The position numbers and the translations under genes were made by a program. Shown piece after piece: positions 1 through 9,907 of a DNA stretch of 64,000 bases. Each line of letters opens with the position of its first letter. Position 1 is the stretch's first letter. The stretch comes from an uncultured Bacilli bacterium (lineage in GTDB: Bacteria; Bacillota_I; Bacilli_A; RF39; UBA660): positions 86,282 to 150,281 of the forward strand of contig CALWAL010000002.1 in assembly GCA_944373145.1 (NCBI GenBank), written 5' to 3'. Under the pieces are notes generated by a model. It saw only the letters and a list, made by a program, of their open reading frames with translations, searched no databases and was not told where the DNA came from.

Positions 1-102
<102 letters not shown>

Positions 103-177
103 ATCTTTTGGAATAACAAATAGTTATTTCTTTTTTTTTCTTTCTGTGTTAAAATTTTTTTCGAAAGGAGCAATATT

Positions 178-1530
178 ATGAATGATACAATAGCGGCTAT
201 TTCAACGGCTTTAGGTGTTGGTGCTATTTCAATTATCCGCATCAGTGGAAGTGATGCTATAGATATAACTAATAAAATTTGGAAAGGAAAAGATTTAAAA
301 AAATTACCAAGTCATACTATTCAATATGGACATATAGTTGATGGTGATGAAATAATTGATGAGGTATTATTATCCATAATGAGAGCTCCTAAAACTTTTA
401 CAGTAGAAGATGTAATTGAAATTAATTCACATGGAGGTATTGCTACTACAAATAAGGTTTTAGAACTTTTATTAATTAATGGATGTCGTTTGGCTGAGCC
501 GGGTGAATTTACAAAGCGTGCTTTTTTGAACGGTCGTATTGATTTAATAGAAGCAGAAGGAGTTATGGATTTAATTAGCGCTAAAACAGATAAATCGAGA
601 GCACTTGCTTTATCACAAGTAAGCGGTAATATTTCTCAGTTAATTAAAGAGCTTCGCCAAAAAATCGTTAACGTAGTTGCTAATATAGAAGTTAACATTG
701 ATTATCCAGAATATGAAGATATTGCAGTAGTAACAACTAATCAACTTCGTGATTGTGTTATTGAGATTGAAAGAGAACTAAAAAATATTTTATCCAAATC
801 GGAAACTAGTACAATTATTAAGGAAGGTATTAAAGTTGTAATTGTTGGCAAACCAAATGTTGGAAAAAGCAGTATTTTAAATTGCTTATTAGAAGAGGAA
901 AAAGCAATTGTAACAGATATTGCTGGAACAACTAGAGATATTGTTGAGGGAGATATTTCTATTGATGGTATTTTATTACATGTTATTGATACTGCTGGTA
1001 TTCGTGAAACAGAAGATGTAGTAGAAAAATTAGGAGTTAGTAAAAGTATTAATTTAATTGAGGAAGCTGAGTTAGTATTATTTGTCTTGAATAATAATGA
1101 AGAATTAACCTCTGAAGAATTAGAAATATTAGAAAAAATAAAAGATAAGCCGGCAATTATTATTGTCAATAAAACAGATTTGCCTAAAAGATTAAATAAC
1201 ATTCCTACTGAAAAAAGTATTATTTATTTATCGGCTCAAAATAATATTGGTTTAGATGATTTAAGAAGAGAGATTAAATTGTTATTTAATTTAGAAAAAT
1301 TAGAAACAGAAGATTATTCATATCTTAGTAGTGCACGTTCAATATCATTACTAAAGCAAGCTTATCAAGCTTTAGAAGAAGTAAAGAAAGGTATTGAAAA
1401 CAATAATCCAATTGATATGGTTGAAATAGATTTAAAAAATATTTGGAATTTATTGGGTCAGATTACTGGAGATACTTATAGCGAAGAATTAATTGATCAA
1501 TTATTTAGTCAATTTTGTTTAGGAAAGTAA
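178..1530 (+). CDS. mnmE: tRNA modification GTPase MnmE
   Basis: P-loop GKPNVGKSS, TTRD and NKTD G-motifs, C-terminal CLGK tail; RBS aaaggag 6 nt upstream. Confidence 0.95.
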   Translation: MNDTIAAISTALGVGAISIIRISGSDAIDITNKIWKGKDLKKLPSHTIQYGHIVDGDEIIDEVLLSIMRAPKTFTVEDVIEINSHGGIATTNKVLELLLINGCRLAEPGEFTKRAFLNGRIDLIEAEGVMDLISAKTDKSRALALSQVSGNISQLIKELRQKIVNVVANIEVNIDYPEYEDIAVVTTNQLRDCVIEIERELKNILSKSETSTIIKEGIKVVIVGKPNVGKSSILNCLLEEEKAIVTDIAGTTRDIVEGDISIDGILLHVIDTAGIRETEDVVEKLGVSKSINLIEEAELVLFVLNNNEELTSEELEILEKIKDKPAIIIVNKTDLPKRLNNIPTEKSIIYLSAQNNIGLDDLRREIKLLFNLEKLETEDYSYLSSARSISLLKQAYQALEEVKKGIENNNPIDMVEIDLKNIWNLLGQITGDTYSEELIDQLFSQFCLGK

Positions 1531-1578
1531 AAATATATGATATAATAATAAAAATAGAAGTAAGAGAGGTATATATAT

Positions 1579-2124
1579 ATGGGTAAGTTTTGCAGTAATT
1601 GTGGTAAAGAACTAGAATCAACAGATAATGCGTGTTCAAATTGTGGAACATTAGTTAATCCTTCTGTTCAACCAAATTATCAAAATAATATGAATTATAA
1701 TAATCAAATGATGATGCCACAACCAATGATAAATCCTCAAAATATGTATTATCAAAATATGGCTTTTCCTAACAATATGAACTATGGAAATTATAACATT
1801 CAATATCCTATGAAAAAAAATAATGGAGCAGCAATTGCTAGTATGGTGTTAGGAATAATTGCTATGGTATGGGCATTTTTAAGTCTTATTGCTTTAGGGG
1901 AAGTAAGTGAAGAAACTTTTTGGATTTACAGTACATCAGAATTTATTGGATATATAATAGGTTTTAATTTATTGTCTCTTCCAACTTCAATAGTGGGATT
2001 TGTTTTAGCACTAACTTCTAGAAAAAAAATAAAGAATGGCTTTAATACATCTGGTTTAATTTTATGTTCCATTTGTTTGGTTATCTGCGCATTTATAATC
2101 ATATATTTTATAACATTAAGATAG
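1579..2124 (+). CDS. Zn-ribbon / Q,N,M,P-rich low-complexity / C-terminal multi-TM membrane protein
   Basis: N-terminal CxxC…CxxC, ~60-aa NQMP-rich linker, hydrophobic helices at the C-terminus; RBS agagagg. Confidence 0.6.
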   Translation: MGKFCSNCGKELESTDNACSNCGTLVNPSVQPNYQNNMNYNNQMMMPQPMINPQNMYYQNMAFPNNMNYGNYNIQYPMKKNNGAAIASMVLGIIAMVWAFLSLIALGEVSEETFWIYSTSEFIGYIIGFNLLSLPTSIVGFVLALTSRKKIKNGFNTSGLILCSICLVICAFIIIYFITLR

Positions 2125-2223
2125 AAAGAGTTAAAACTCTTTTTTTTATCTTTAATATATTCATTGATAAAAATAACAAAAGATAGTATAATAGCAACAG
2201 CAAATAAAGAACTAGGTGATATT

Positions 2224-4092
2224 ATGTATGAAATTATAGTTGTTGGTGGAGGTCATGCTGGTTGTGAAGCAGCTTTAGCAAGTGCTCGTAAAGGACATAA
2301 GACTTTATTAATAACGGGAAATATTAATAATATAGCTGATATGCCATGTAATCCTTCAATTGGTGGAAGCGCAAAAGGAATTGTGGTTCGTGAAATTGAT
2401 GCATTAGGTGGAGAGATGGGACGTAATGCGGATAAAAGTTTATTACAAATAAAAATGTTGAATAGTGCTAAAGGTCCTGCTGTTCAAGCTTTGAGAGCTC
2501 AAGCTGATAAAATAACTTATCCTAAAAATATGTTTAAGACGTTAAGAAACACAAAAAATTTAGAAATAAGAGAAGCATTAGTTGAAGATTTAATTATTGA
2601 TGATAGAACAGTTCATGGAGTTATTTTAGAAGACGGTGAACAAATTACAAGTAGCATTGTAATTTTAACAACAGGAACATATTTAAAAGCTGATATTTTG
2701 GTTGGTGATACTCGTACACGTCAAGGTCCACACGGTGAGAAACCAAGTAACCATTTAAGTGATAAATTAGGTGAATATGGATTTAATATTATTCGTCTTA
2801 AAACGGGAACGCCACAAAGAATAGATAAGAGTTCGATAGATTATACAAAAACAAAAGAAGAAAAAGGTGATAATCATTATTGGACTTTTAGTTTTGATAA
2901 TGAGATTCATTATAAAATAGAAGATCAAATCTCTTGTCATTTAATATATACACAGCCGGAAACCCATAAAATTATTAGAGAAAATTTAAATAAATCAAGT
3001 ATGTATGGTGGTTTAGATGATATCAAAGGTGTAGGTCCTAGATATTGTCCATCCATTGAAGATAAAGTAGTACGTTTTGCTGATAAAGAAAAGCATCAAT
3101 TATTTTTAGAGCCAGAGAGTTTATATTATGATGATATTTATATTCAAGGATTTTCAACTAGTATGCCAAGAGATATTCAAGAAAAAATGGTTCATAGTTT
3201 GCCGGGATTAGAGAATGCTAAAATTTTAAAGTATGCTTACGCGATTGAATATGATGCCATAGATTGTCGTCAATTAAAACAATCTCTAGAAACAAAAGTA
3301 ATTAAAAATTTGTATACGGCTGGTCAAATAAATGGTACTAGTGGTTATGAGGAAGCAGCTTGTCAAGGGCTGATGGCTGGTATTAATGCATCTTTAAGCC
3401 TTGAGGGAAAAGATCCACTGATATTAAAACGTAATGAAGCCTATATTGGTGTTTTAATAGATGATCTTGTTACCAAAGGGGTCATTGATCCGTACCGTTT
3501 ATTGACTTCAAGAGCTGAATATCGTTTATTATTAAGACATGATAATGCTGATATACGTTTACGTGATTATGGTTATGAGATTGGATTAGTGTCACAAGAA
3601 CGATATGATAAATTTTTATTGAAAAAAGAACAAATAAATCATTTATTTGAATATTTAAAAAGTAATAAACTAACACCAACTAGTGAAGTACAAGAATATT
3701 TAAAAACAATTCCTACAACTGAATTGAAAGATGGAATTAGTTTGTATGATTTTTTAAAACGTCCTGAGATTAAATTTAAGCATATTGAGCATTTTTATCC
3801 AATATTGGAATCCGATGAGGTTAAAGATACCGTAGAAATTTATATTAAATATGAAGGATATATTGCCAAAGCTTTAAAAGAAGCTGAAAAGATGATCGAT
3901 TTAGATAATAAAAAAATTCCTAAAGATATTAACTATGATAAAATTCATAATTTAGCAAGTGAGGCTAAACAAAAACTAAAAATGATTCAACCAACTTCAA
4001 TTGGACAAGCTTTAAGGATAAGTGGTGTTAATCCAGCAGATATCTCTTTAATTATGGTATATTTAAAAAAGGAGTATCATTATGAATCTTAA
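2224..4092 (+). CDS. mnmG: tRNA uridine 5-carboxymethylaminomethyl modification enzyme MnmG (GidA)
   Basis: FAD-binding VVGGGHAGCEAA at the start of the frame-consistent ATG (MYEIIVVGGG); full-length GidA-like; the ORF-track start at 2164 is probably too early. Confidence 0.93.
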   Translation: MYEIIVVGGGHAGCEAALASARKGHKTLLITGNINNIADMPCNPSIGGSAKGIVVREIDALGGEMGRNADKSLLQIKMLNSAKGPAVQALRAQADKITYPKNMFKTLRNTKNLEIREALVEDLIIDDRTVHGVILEDGEQITSSIVILTTGTYLKADILVGDTRTRQGPHGEKPSNHLSDKLGEYGFNIIRLKTGTPQRIDKSSIDYTKTKEEKGDNHYWTFSFDNEIHYKIEDQISCHLIYTQPETHKIIRENLNKSSMYGGLDDIKGVGPRYCPSIEDKVVRFADKEKHQLFLEPESLYYDDIYIQGFSTSMPRDIQEKMVHSLPGLENAKILKYAYAIEYDAIDCRQLKQSLETKVIKNLYTAGQINGTSGYEEAACQGLMAGINASLSLEGKDPLILKRNEAYIGVLIDDLVTKGVIDPYRLLTSRAEYRLLLRHDNADIRLRDYGYEIGLVSQERYDKFLLKKEQINHLFEYLKSNKLTPTSEVQEYLKTIPTTELKDGISLYDFLKRPEIKFKHIEHFYPILESDEVKDTVEIYIKYEGYIAKALKEAEKMIDLDNKKIPKDINYDKIHNLASEAKQKLKMIQPTSIGQALRISGVNPADISLIMVYLKKEYHYES

Positions 4093-4780
4093 TTTATTTT
4101 TATCATCCTTAAAGCAAATAGGAATTGAAGCTACAAAATTACAATTGGCACAATTGCATCGCTACTATGAATTATTAGTTGAATATAATAAAGTAATGAA
4201 TTTAACCGGTATTGTTGAAGAAGAAGATGTTTATTTAAAGCATTTTTATGATAGTTTAACAATTGCTCGTGTGATTGATTTAAAAGAAGTTAATTATCTT
4301 TGTGATATTGGTACTGGCGCAGGTTTTCCTGGACTTGTATTAAAGATAATATTTCCTAACTTGCATGTTACTTTAGTTGATTCATTAAATAAACGAATCG
4401 ATTTTTTAAAAGTAGTAATTAAGGAATTAAATTTAAATAATATAGAAGCTATTCACGCTAGAGCTGAAGAATATGCTCTAAATAACCGCGAACGATTTGA
4501 TATCGTAACAGCGCGTGCTGTTGCTAGTTTAAATATCTTGTTAGAATATAGTATTCCACTTGTAAAAATCAATGGATATTTTATAGCAATGAAAGGTAAA
4601 AATGAAGAAGATAATGCTATTAATGCTTTAAAAGTATTGTCTTCTAAAATTGAGAATGTTGATAGTTTTCTCTTACCAATTGAGAATAGTACTCGAACTT
4701 TAATTAAAATAAAAAAAGAAGCTAAAACAGCTTCTAAATATCCTAGAAAATATGCAGAGATGAAAAAACATCCATTATAA
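4082..4780 (+). CDS. rsmG: 16S rRNA (guanine527-N7)-methyltransferase RsmG (GidB)
   Basis: SAM-MTase motif DIGTGAGFPG; canonical position after mnmG with an 11-nt overlap. Confidence 0.9.
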   Translation: MNLNLFLSSLKQIGIEATKLQLAQLHRYYELLVEYNKVMNLTGIVEEEDVYLKHFYDSLTIARVIDLKEVNYLCDIGTGAGFPGLVLKIIFPNLHVTLVDSLNKRIDFLKVVIKELNLNNIEAIHARAEEYALNNRERFDIVTARAVASLNILLEYSIPLVKINGYFIAMKGKNEEDNAINALKVLSSKIENVDSFLLPIENSTRTLIKIKKEAKTASKYPRKYAEMKKHPL

Positions 4781-4816
4781 AAAGTTATACACAACAAAGT
4801 GTATAACTTTTTTTAT
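4778..4816. terminator. Bidirectional intrinsic terminator between rsmG (+) and the convergent - strand gene
   Basis: 10-bp perfect stem agttatacac/gtgtataact, loop aacaaa, flanked by an A-run and a T-run. Confidence 0.65.
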
Positions 4817-5889
4817 TTAACATAATTATTTAAAGGTTGTGTACGATATTTTAATTCATCCATATCACAAGTTGGAACAAAACCTGGTCGTGCATTAATA
4901 ACATCTGGAAGTCGATTTACAATTGTAGCGCAAGTAAGTTCTACTGTTGCGGGACGATTTACAACGATTGTTGTATTAGGTTCACCCATAATTGTCCATT
5001 CATTTTTATCAAATTCATCAGGCCCGTATACTTTCCCAATACATTCTGATTCTATAATAATTCCTTCTTTTGTCTCTGTTGTTACAATAGCACTCATACC
5101 AGTGGCATTACCAGCCGGAATTGTCATACCTAAAGTTGAAGATTCAATGTCATTTGAATATGTTGTTGGAACACATTTTTGGTTTTGATCAATAACAGTT
5201 AAACCTAATTTACGAGCCAACCAACCATTAACATTCCACATATATGAAGGAGAATAAGTTCCACCATTTATTAAAGCATTACGTTTTTCAGTACTCATGC
5301 GATCAATACTTGCAATTTTATTATCAAAATCTTCTAATGATAAACCGGATCCATGAGCTTGTGCTAAAGCAATTCCGTAGTCTTCTACATTGTAAGAAGA
5401 ACTCCCTTTAATCTTTGTGATATTATGTGTTGATCCGGCAATTGCACTTATTAATTCTCCCCAATAAATATCTTGATATCCAGAGCCTGTAATTGTACAG
5501 TTATTTTGAATAGCTAAATCATTAATTTTATTAGTTAATACAGGATTAGAGTTATATGAGAAGAAAGCTTCTTCACAGGTAGTGATAGCATTAATACCCA
5601 ATTTAGCGCATAACATTAAAGCTTCTTCAACGTCGCTTAATAAACTCATTGTTGTAACAATACAAACATCTGGTTTTAATTCATTTAGTAATTCTTCAGC
5701 TTCACTAGTTGATCTAACAATTACCCCTTTAGGTTCACTTCCAATAATTTCACCGATATCTTTTCCTATTACATTAGGATTAATATCAATAGCCCCAACA
5801 ATTTCAGCTCCTTTTTCAAATACATATCTCATGGTATACACTGACATTTTTCCAGTACCATATTGAACGACACGAATTCTATTTTCCAT
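4813..5889 (-). CDS. NAD(P)-dependent amine dehydrogenase / DapB-like oxidoreductase family protein (cf. 2,4-diaminopentanoate dehydrogenase)
   Basis: N-terminal Rossmann VVQYGTGKMSVYTMRY; ~358 aa with similarity in organisation to dihydrodipicolinate-reductase-like enzymes. Confidence 0.5.
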   Translation of the reverse strand: MENRIRVVQYGTGKMSVYTMRYVFEKGAEIVGAIDINPNVIGKDIGEIIGSEPKGVIVRSTSEAEELLNELKPDVCIVTTMSLLSDVEEALMLCAKLGINAITTCEEAFFSYNSNPVLTNKINDLAIQNNCTITGSGYQDIYWGELISAIAGSTHNITKIKGSSSYNVEDYGIALAQAHGSGLSLEDFDNKIASIDRMSTEKRNALINGGTYSPSYMWNVNGWLARKLGLTVIDQNQKCVPTTYSNDIESSTLGMTIPAGNATGMSAIVTTETKEGIIIESECIGKVYGPDEFDKNEWTIMGEPNTTIVVNRPATVELTCATIVNRLPDVINARPGFVPTCDMDELKYRTQPLNNYVK

Positions 5890-5994
5890 AAATTCCTCCT
5901 TTATTTTCTATTTTAATTTTAACATGTGCTAATAGCAAAAAAAATAGATAATTGTTTTAAAATTAGTTTTTTGACATAACTTTACAAATTAGTT

Positions 5995-6008
5995 ATTTCC
6001 CGGGAAAT
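5995..6008. promoter_or_regulatory. Noc-binding site (NBS) consensus palindrome ATTTCCCGGGAAAT
   Basis: Perfect 14-bp match to the published B. subtilis Noc-binding sequence, ~165 bp upstream of the noc-like gene; two further ATTATTTCCCAAA half-site repeats at 6075-6087 and 6118-6130. Confidence 0.6.
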
Positions 6009-6173
6009 AAAATTTTTTTAAAGTCAAAAAATTCCTTTTTTCTTTATATTTTAAGGTTTTAATTCATTATGTATATTATTTCCCAAATTGCATATGTTAT
6101 TATTTAATTAGTATTGAATTATTTCCCAAAGTATATTATAATTGATATTAGTAAAATAGAACGGAGTGTTTAT

Positions 6174-7811
6174 ATGGATGATGTGAAGTCACGAGTTGTT
6201 GATTTAAATTTGAATGACGTTTTACCAAATCGTTTTCAACCACGTATAAAATTTAGTGAAGACTCAATCATCGAACTTTCTGAGTCTATAAAAGAACACG
6301 GTGTTATTCAACCAATTGTGGTAAGACCGATTGGAGATAAGTATGAAATTATCGCCGGTGAACGGAGATATAAAGCTAGTGTTTTAGCGGGTAAGGAGAC
6401 TATTCCCGCCATTATTACAGATTTAAATGATAAAGATAGTGCCGAAGTAGCCCTTATTGAGAATGTTCAAAGAAAAGATTTAACCGCTATTGAAGAAGCT
6501 ATATCATATAAAAAAATATTAGATATGGGTTATTTAACACAAGAACAATTAGCAATTAAGTTAGGTCGTAGTCAGTCGACGATTGCTAATAAATTAAGAT
6601 TATTAAATTTATGTGATGAAGTTCAAGAAGCCTTAATGCAAGATAAGATTTCGGAGCGTCATGCAAGGTCAATGCTAAAATTACCAACAGCTGAATTGCA
6701 AAGAAAAATGTTAGATAAAATTATCAAAGAGCGATTAACGGTAAGAAAAACAGATGAGGAGATTGATAAAATGAATACATATATTACAAATCCAATAGAA
6801 CAAGATCAAAACCAAACCAACCCAGGTTTTATGAATGTTGACAATATTGTTAACAACGCACAAGATTTAAATTCAAATAACCAAGTGGGTAAGATGGATA
6901 TGAATGCCCTATTACAAGGTGGTCCAATGACCTCAATGAATCCAACTCCAGCGGTGTCTCCATCAGTACCAAACGCCGCTCCAGAGATGTTTAATCAATC
7001 ACATGTACCGTCAATTCCTCAGGTACAGAGCGCCCCTACCGATTTTGCGCCAAGTGCCCCAGTAATGGAACAAGTACCATTAACACCTGTTGTAGATCCT
7101 ATCCCAGCTATTCCTACAGTAATGCCTGGGGTACCTTCTACATCAACAGTTGAACCAATTGTTTCTTCAATTCCAGAAGTAACACCAGTCTCACCTGTTG
7201 ATGTTGCCTTTTCACCACTTCCAGAAGTTTCACCAATTTCAACAGTATCGCCAATTCCGGATGCAGCATCAGTTCCTGCGGTTGAACCAGTAGCTGTAAC
7301 AACTCCGTCTCCAGTATTTGAGGCGCCAGTAGCTCCAGTTGAATCAAATTTATCTCAGATAAATTCACCAGTTCAACAATCAGTTAATGCAGTTTCTGAA
7401 ATGGCACCTATTGGTGAAATTCCTACAATAACACCAATTTCACCAATGCCAACGACGCCAATTGTAGAAGATTCGTTGCCAAGCAATTTTTCAGAACCAT
7501 CAGTTGAACCAGAACCACCAGTGGTTTCATCAGCCGTTGAACCAGTAGCTGTTCCACCAGCCGAACCAACAATGGAACAGAAAGTTGAAGAAGTACCGCC
7601 AATCATTATAACCGACTATAGTAAGCAGTATGATCCAGTTCTTCCGACAACTCAGTCAGCTCCTGTCAAGAGGGTTGATTTTAAGCAAATTATTAATTTA
7701 TTAAGAGATGTCAACACTACAATTGAAAAATGTGGGTATAGTGTAGAAACAGAAGAATATGATTTAGAAGGAATATATCAAGTCGTTATTAAAATTAATA
7801 AAGGTGATTAA
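6174..7811 (+). CDS. noc: Nucleoid occlusion protein Noc-like ParB-family protein with a long P/V/S/T-rich low-complexity insertion
   Basis: ParB N-terminal PNRFQPR…GERRYKA plus HTH (GRSQSTIANKLRLL); follows rsmG as in Bacillus; residues ~230-500 are a Pro/Val/Ser-rich repeat region; start set at the RBS-supported ATG 6174. Confidence 0.8.
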   Translation: MDDVKSRVVDLNLNDVLPNRFQPRIKFSEDSIIELSESIKEHGVIQPIVVRPIGDKYEIIAGERRYKASVLAGKETIPAIITDLNDKDSAEVALIENVQRKDLTAIEEAISYKKILDMGYLTQEQLAIKLGRSQSTIANKLRLLNLCDEVQEALMQDKISERHARSMLKLPTAELQRKMLDKIIKERLTVRKTDEEIDKMNTYITNPIEQDQNQTNPGFMNVDNIVNNAQDLNSNNQVGKMDMNALLQGGPMTSMNPTPAVSPSVPNAAPEMFNQSHVPSIPQVQSAPTDFAPSAPVMEQVPLTPVVDPIPAIPTVMPGVPSTSTVEPIVSSIPEVTPVSPVDVAFSPLPEVSPISTVSPIPDAASVPAVEPVAVTTPSPVFEAPVAPVESNLSQINSPVQQSVNAVSEMAPIGEIPTITPISPMPTTPIVEDSLPSNFSEPSVEPEPPVVSSAVEPVAVPPAEPTMEQKVEEVPPIIITDYSKQYDPVLPTTQSAPVKRVDFKQIINLLRDVNTTIEKCGYSVETEEYDLEGIYQVVIKINKGD

Positions 7812-7823
7812 CACCTTTTTTTA
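7801..7823 (+). terminator. Intrinsic terminator after noc
   Basis: aaggtg…cacctt stem followed by a T7 run; the stop codon sits in the loop. Confidence 0.5.
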
Positions 7824-7856
7824 TTAAATAATGTTATAATAGAGGTGGTGATTAAT

Positions 7857-8933
7857 ATGGTAATAATGAATATTGATGCCACTGATGAAAGTTTAAAACA
7901 GCAAGCATTAGAAAAAAGAAAAAAACTATTAAGAATAATAAAAGAAAAAGGATGTTATGGTGCTAATGATTTTGTTCTTGTAAGAACTACTGATTATTTA
8001 AGTGATGATAATGTTATAAGGCCCCTTTGTCATGTTCCTTTTCTTGTAAAAAATAATCATGCTATCAAGAGAGTTATTAATGATTTATTAGATGAACAGG
8101 ATCATATAGATTTTTATCAAGAAGAAGAACGTTTTGATGAACGTCAAAAGTTAATTACAGATAATTATTTGCCATATTCTAGTCAATATCGCTCAACTGT
8201 TCATTTTTGTATTAATGGTTTAGTTTCGTCACATGCTAAAGGAAATTTTGATAATCGTCATTTTGTCATTATTGATCATATTATGTTTCATTTAACTCAT
8301 AATGATATTCGCTCTTTTCGCGTTGAAGATACTTTTTTTTACGGCAATGTTCCCCTATCATCAGATGCCGTTATTTTAATAAAGGAACAGGAATATGATG
8401 AATTACTAATGCAATATCCTCAACTCCAACAAGCTAAAGTTGTTTTATATAAAGGATTAGAAAATGATGCAGTAAATATATACTTAGCTAGCATTGGAAT
8501 TGTAAGTGAAGAAATTAAAGAACATGGTTCTTTGGAACATGAATGTAGTTTTTATTTTCGTCAGTTTCAAAAATTAATTAAAGAGAAATATGAAATCGAT
8601 AATGAGCCACATTGGCTATCCAAAGAATATCGTCAAGATGATGAATATAATTTAATTATTTGGGAATATTATGAACGTTTATTTTATACATATTTATTAA
8701 AGCTTTTAAATATTGAAGAATCACAATTTTCCAATTTATTAACGATGTTGCTAAATATCGATCAAAGCCAAGAAAATAGAGATAAGTTAAAGGAAATAAT
8801 AAAGAATATGGGATTGTTTAGATTTGGTGAGTTGGTTGATAATTTTAATCGCCAAATATTAGATTCTATTGTAAACGGTACATTTATGAATAATGATGAA
8901 ATTATTCAAAGTTTAACAGGCATCCAAAAATAG
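7857..8933 (+). CDS. Hypothetical protein (~358 aa), no recognised domain
   Basis: Long ORF with RBS aggtgg 8 nt upstream of the ATG; 12-nt gap to the next gene. Confidence 0.6.
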   Translation: MVIMNIDATDESLKQQALEKRKKLLRIIKEKGCYGANDFVLVRTTDYLSDDNVIRPLCHVPFLVKNNHAIKRVINDLLDEQDHIDFYQEEERFDERQKLITDNYLPYSSQYRSTVHFCINGLVSSHAKGNFDNRHFVIIDHIMFHLTHNDIRSFRVEDTFFYGNVPLSSDAVILIKEQEYDELLMQYPQLQQAKVVLYKGLENDAVNIYLASIGIVSEEIKEHGSLEHECSFYFRQFQKLIKEKYEIDNEPHWLSKEYRQDDEYNLIIWEYYERLFYTYLLKLLNIEESQFSNLLTMLLNIDQSQENRDKLKEIIKNMGLFRFGELVDNFNRQILDSIVNGTFMNNDEIIQSLTGIQK

Positions 8934-8945
8934 TTAGGAGAATGT

Positions 8946-9830
8946 ATGAAAGAAAAAAGAAAAATTGCAATTTTTGCTGATGCTCATAGTTTATTAGAGC
9001 CAACCAAGGCAGCCTTAGAAGATATAAGTAAACGAGGAATAACTGAAATTTATTCTTTAGGCGATAATATAGGTGTTGGCCCAAATCCAAGTGAAGTTTT
9101 AGAATTATTAAAGGAATATAATGTTAAATCGATAGCAGGAAATTCTGAAGAATATATTTCCTTGGGATATGAACCATTTGCTTCATATTTTAATAGTTTA
9201 AAAAAGCAAAGCCATTTGTGGACCTTATCAAAATTAAATGAAAAACAAATTGGTCAAATAAAGCTATTTCCAAGATTTATTGAATTAACAGTAGGCGGTA
9301 AAAAAATAGCTTTATGTCATTTTGCTAATGATGTTAGAATTGATTTTTTAAGTCGAAGCACATGGACATATCAAAATCATTTCGATTTTGCTGGTACAGG
9401 AGCTAGATTTGATTCCTCAGCTTCACAACAATTTAATTATACAAATAGCGTTACGCAATTAGAAGAGATTGAGTTGATGATAAAAAAATATTGTACTAAT
9501 AGTCCATTTGTTAGAGGATATTTGTCAGCACGTGAAAATCCACTATTTGCTAAAAAGAAGGTTGATTTTTATGATGCGGTTATTCAAGGTCATGTTCATT
9601 GGAAGTTATATGACGATAATGAAAAAACAAAATTTTATTCTATTAGAGCAGTAGGAATGGCTTATAGAAATGATCCTATTGATACAGCCTCATATGTTAT
9701 TTTAGAAGAACAAGAAGAAGGTTTTAAATTAGAAGAAGTTTTAGTTAAATATGATCGTGAAAAAATGGTGTCGAGCATTTTAGCTAGTGACTCACCTGAC
9801 CATAGTATTGAACGATTTGTAAAAATGTAA
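8946..9830 (+). CDS. Calcineurin-like metallophosphoesterase (PPP / ApaH-PrpE-like family)
   Basis: Motifs DAH (FADAHS), GDNIGVGP, GNSEE (GNHE-like), GHVHW; RBS taggag. Confidence 0.7.
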   Translation: MKEKRKIAIFADAHSLLEPTKAALEDISKRGITEIYSLGDNIGVGPNPSEVLELLKEYNVKSIAGNSEEYISLGYEPFASYFNSLKKQSHLWTLSKLNEKQIGQIKLFPRFIELTVGGKKIALCHFANDVRIDFLSRSTWTYQNHFDFAGTGARFDSSASQQFNYTNSVTQLEEIELMIKKYCTNSPFVRGYLSARENPLFAKKKVDFYDAVIQGHVHWKLYDDNEKTKFYSIRAVGMAYRNDPIDTASYVILEEQEEGFKLEEVLVKYDREKMVSSILASDSPDHSIERFVKM

Positions 9831-9907
9831 AAAAGTATAATAAAAATTTGATAAATAAAAATGTTAATATTAATATGTATGTTTTATACGGTTAAGAGGT
9901 TGATAGC

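Noticed and set aside
741-1202. Antisense ORFs inside annotated genes (741-1202, 3482-3679, 4453-4797, 5582-5866, 7138-7368, 7373-7606, 14624-14878, 20819-21067, 22282-22581, 23058-23333, 27474-27686, 28137-28358, 37129-37338, 38395-38730, 41054-41431, and those within the ribosomal cluster)
   Set aside because: They lie entirely within, and opposite to, well-supported conserved genes. They have low-complexity translations and no RBS. These are composition artefacts of an A+T-rich genome
7270-7560. Direct DNA repeats (e.g. gttgaaccagtagctgt at 7277 and 7537) that could look like a repeat array
   Set aside because: They are in-frame coding repeats of the Pro/Val-rich linker of Noc. They are not CRISPR-like (no regular spacing, no spacers)
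8902-9090. 62-aa minus-strand ORF spanning the junction of the 358-aa gene and the phosphoesterase gene
   Set aside because: It overlaps two + strand genes with good RBSs. Its translation is hydrophobic/low-complexity with no RBS
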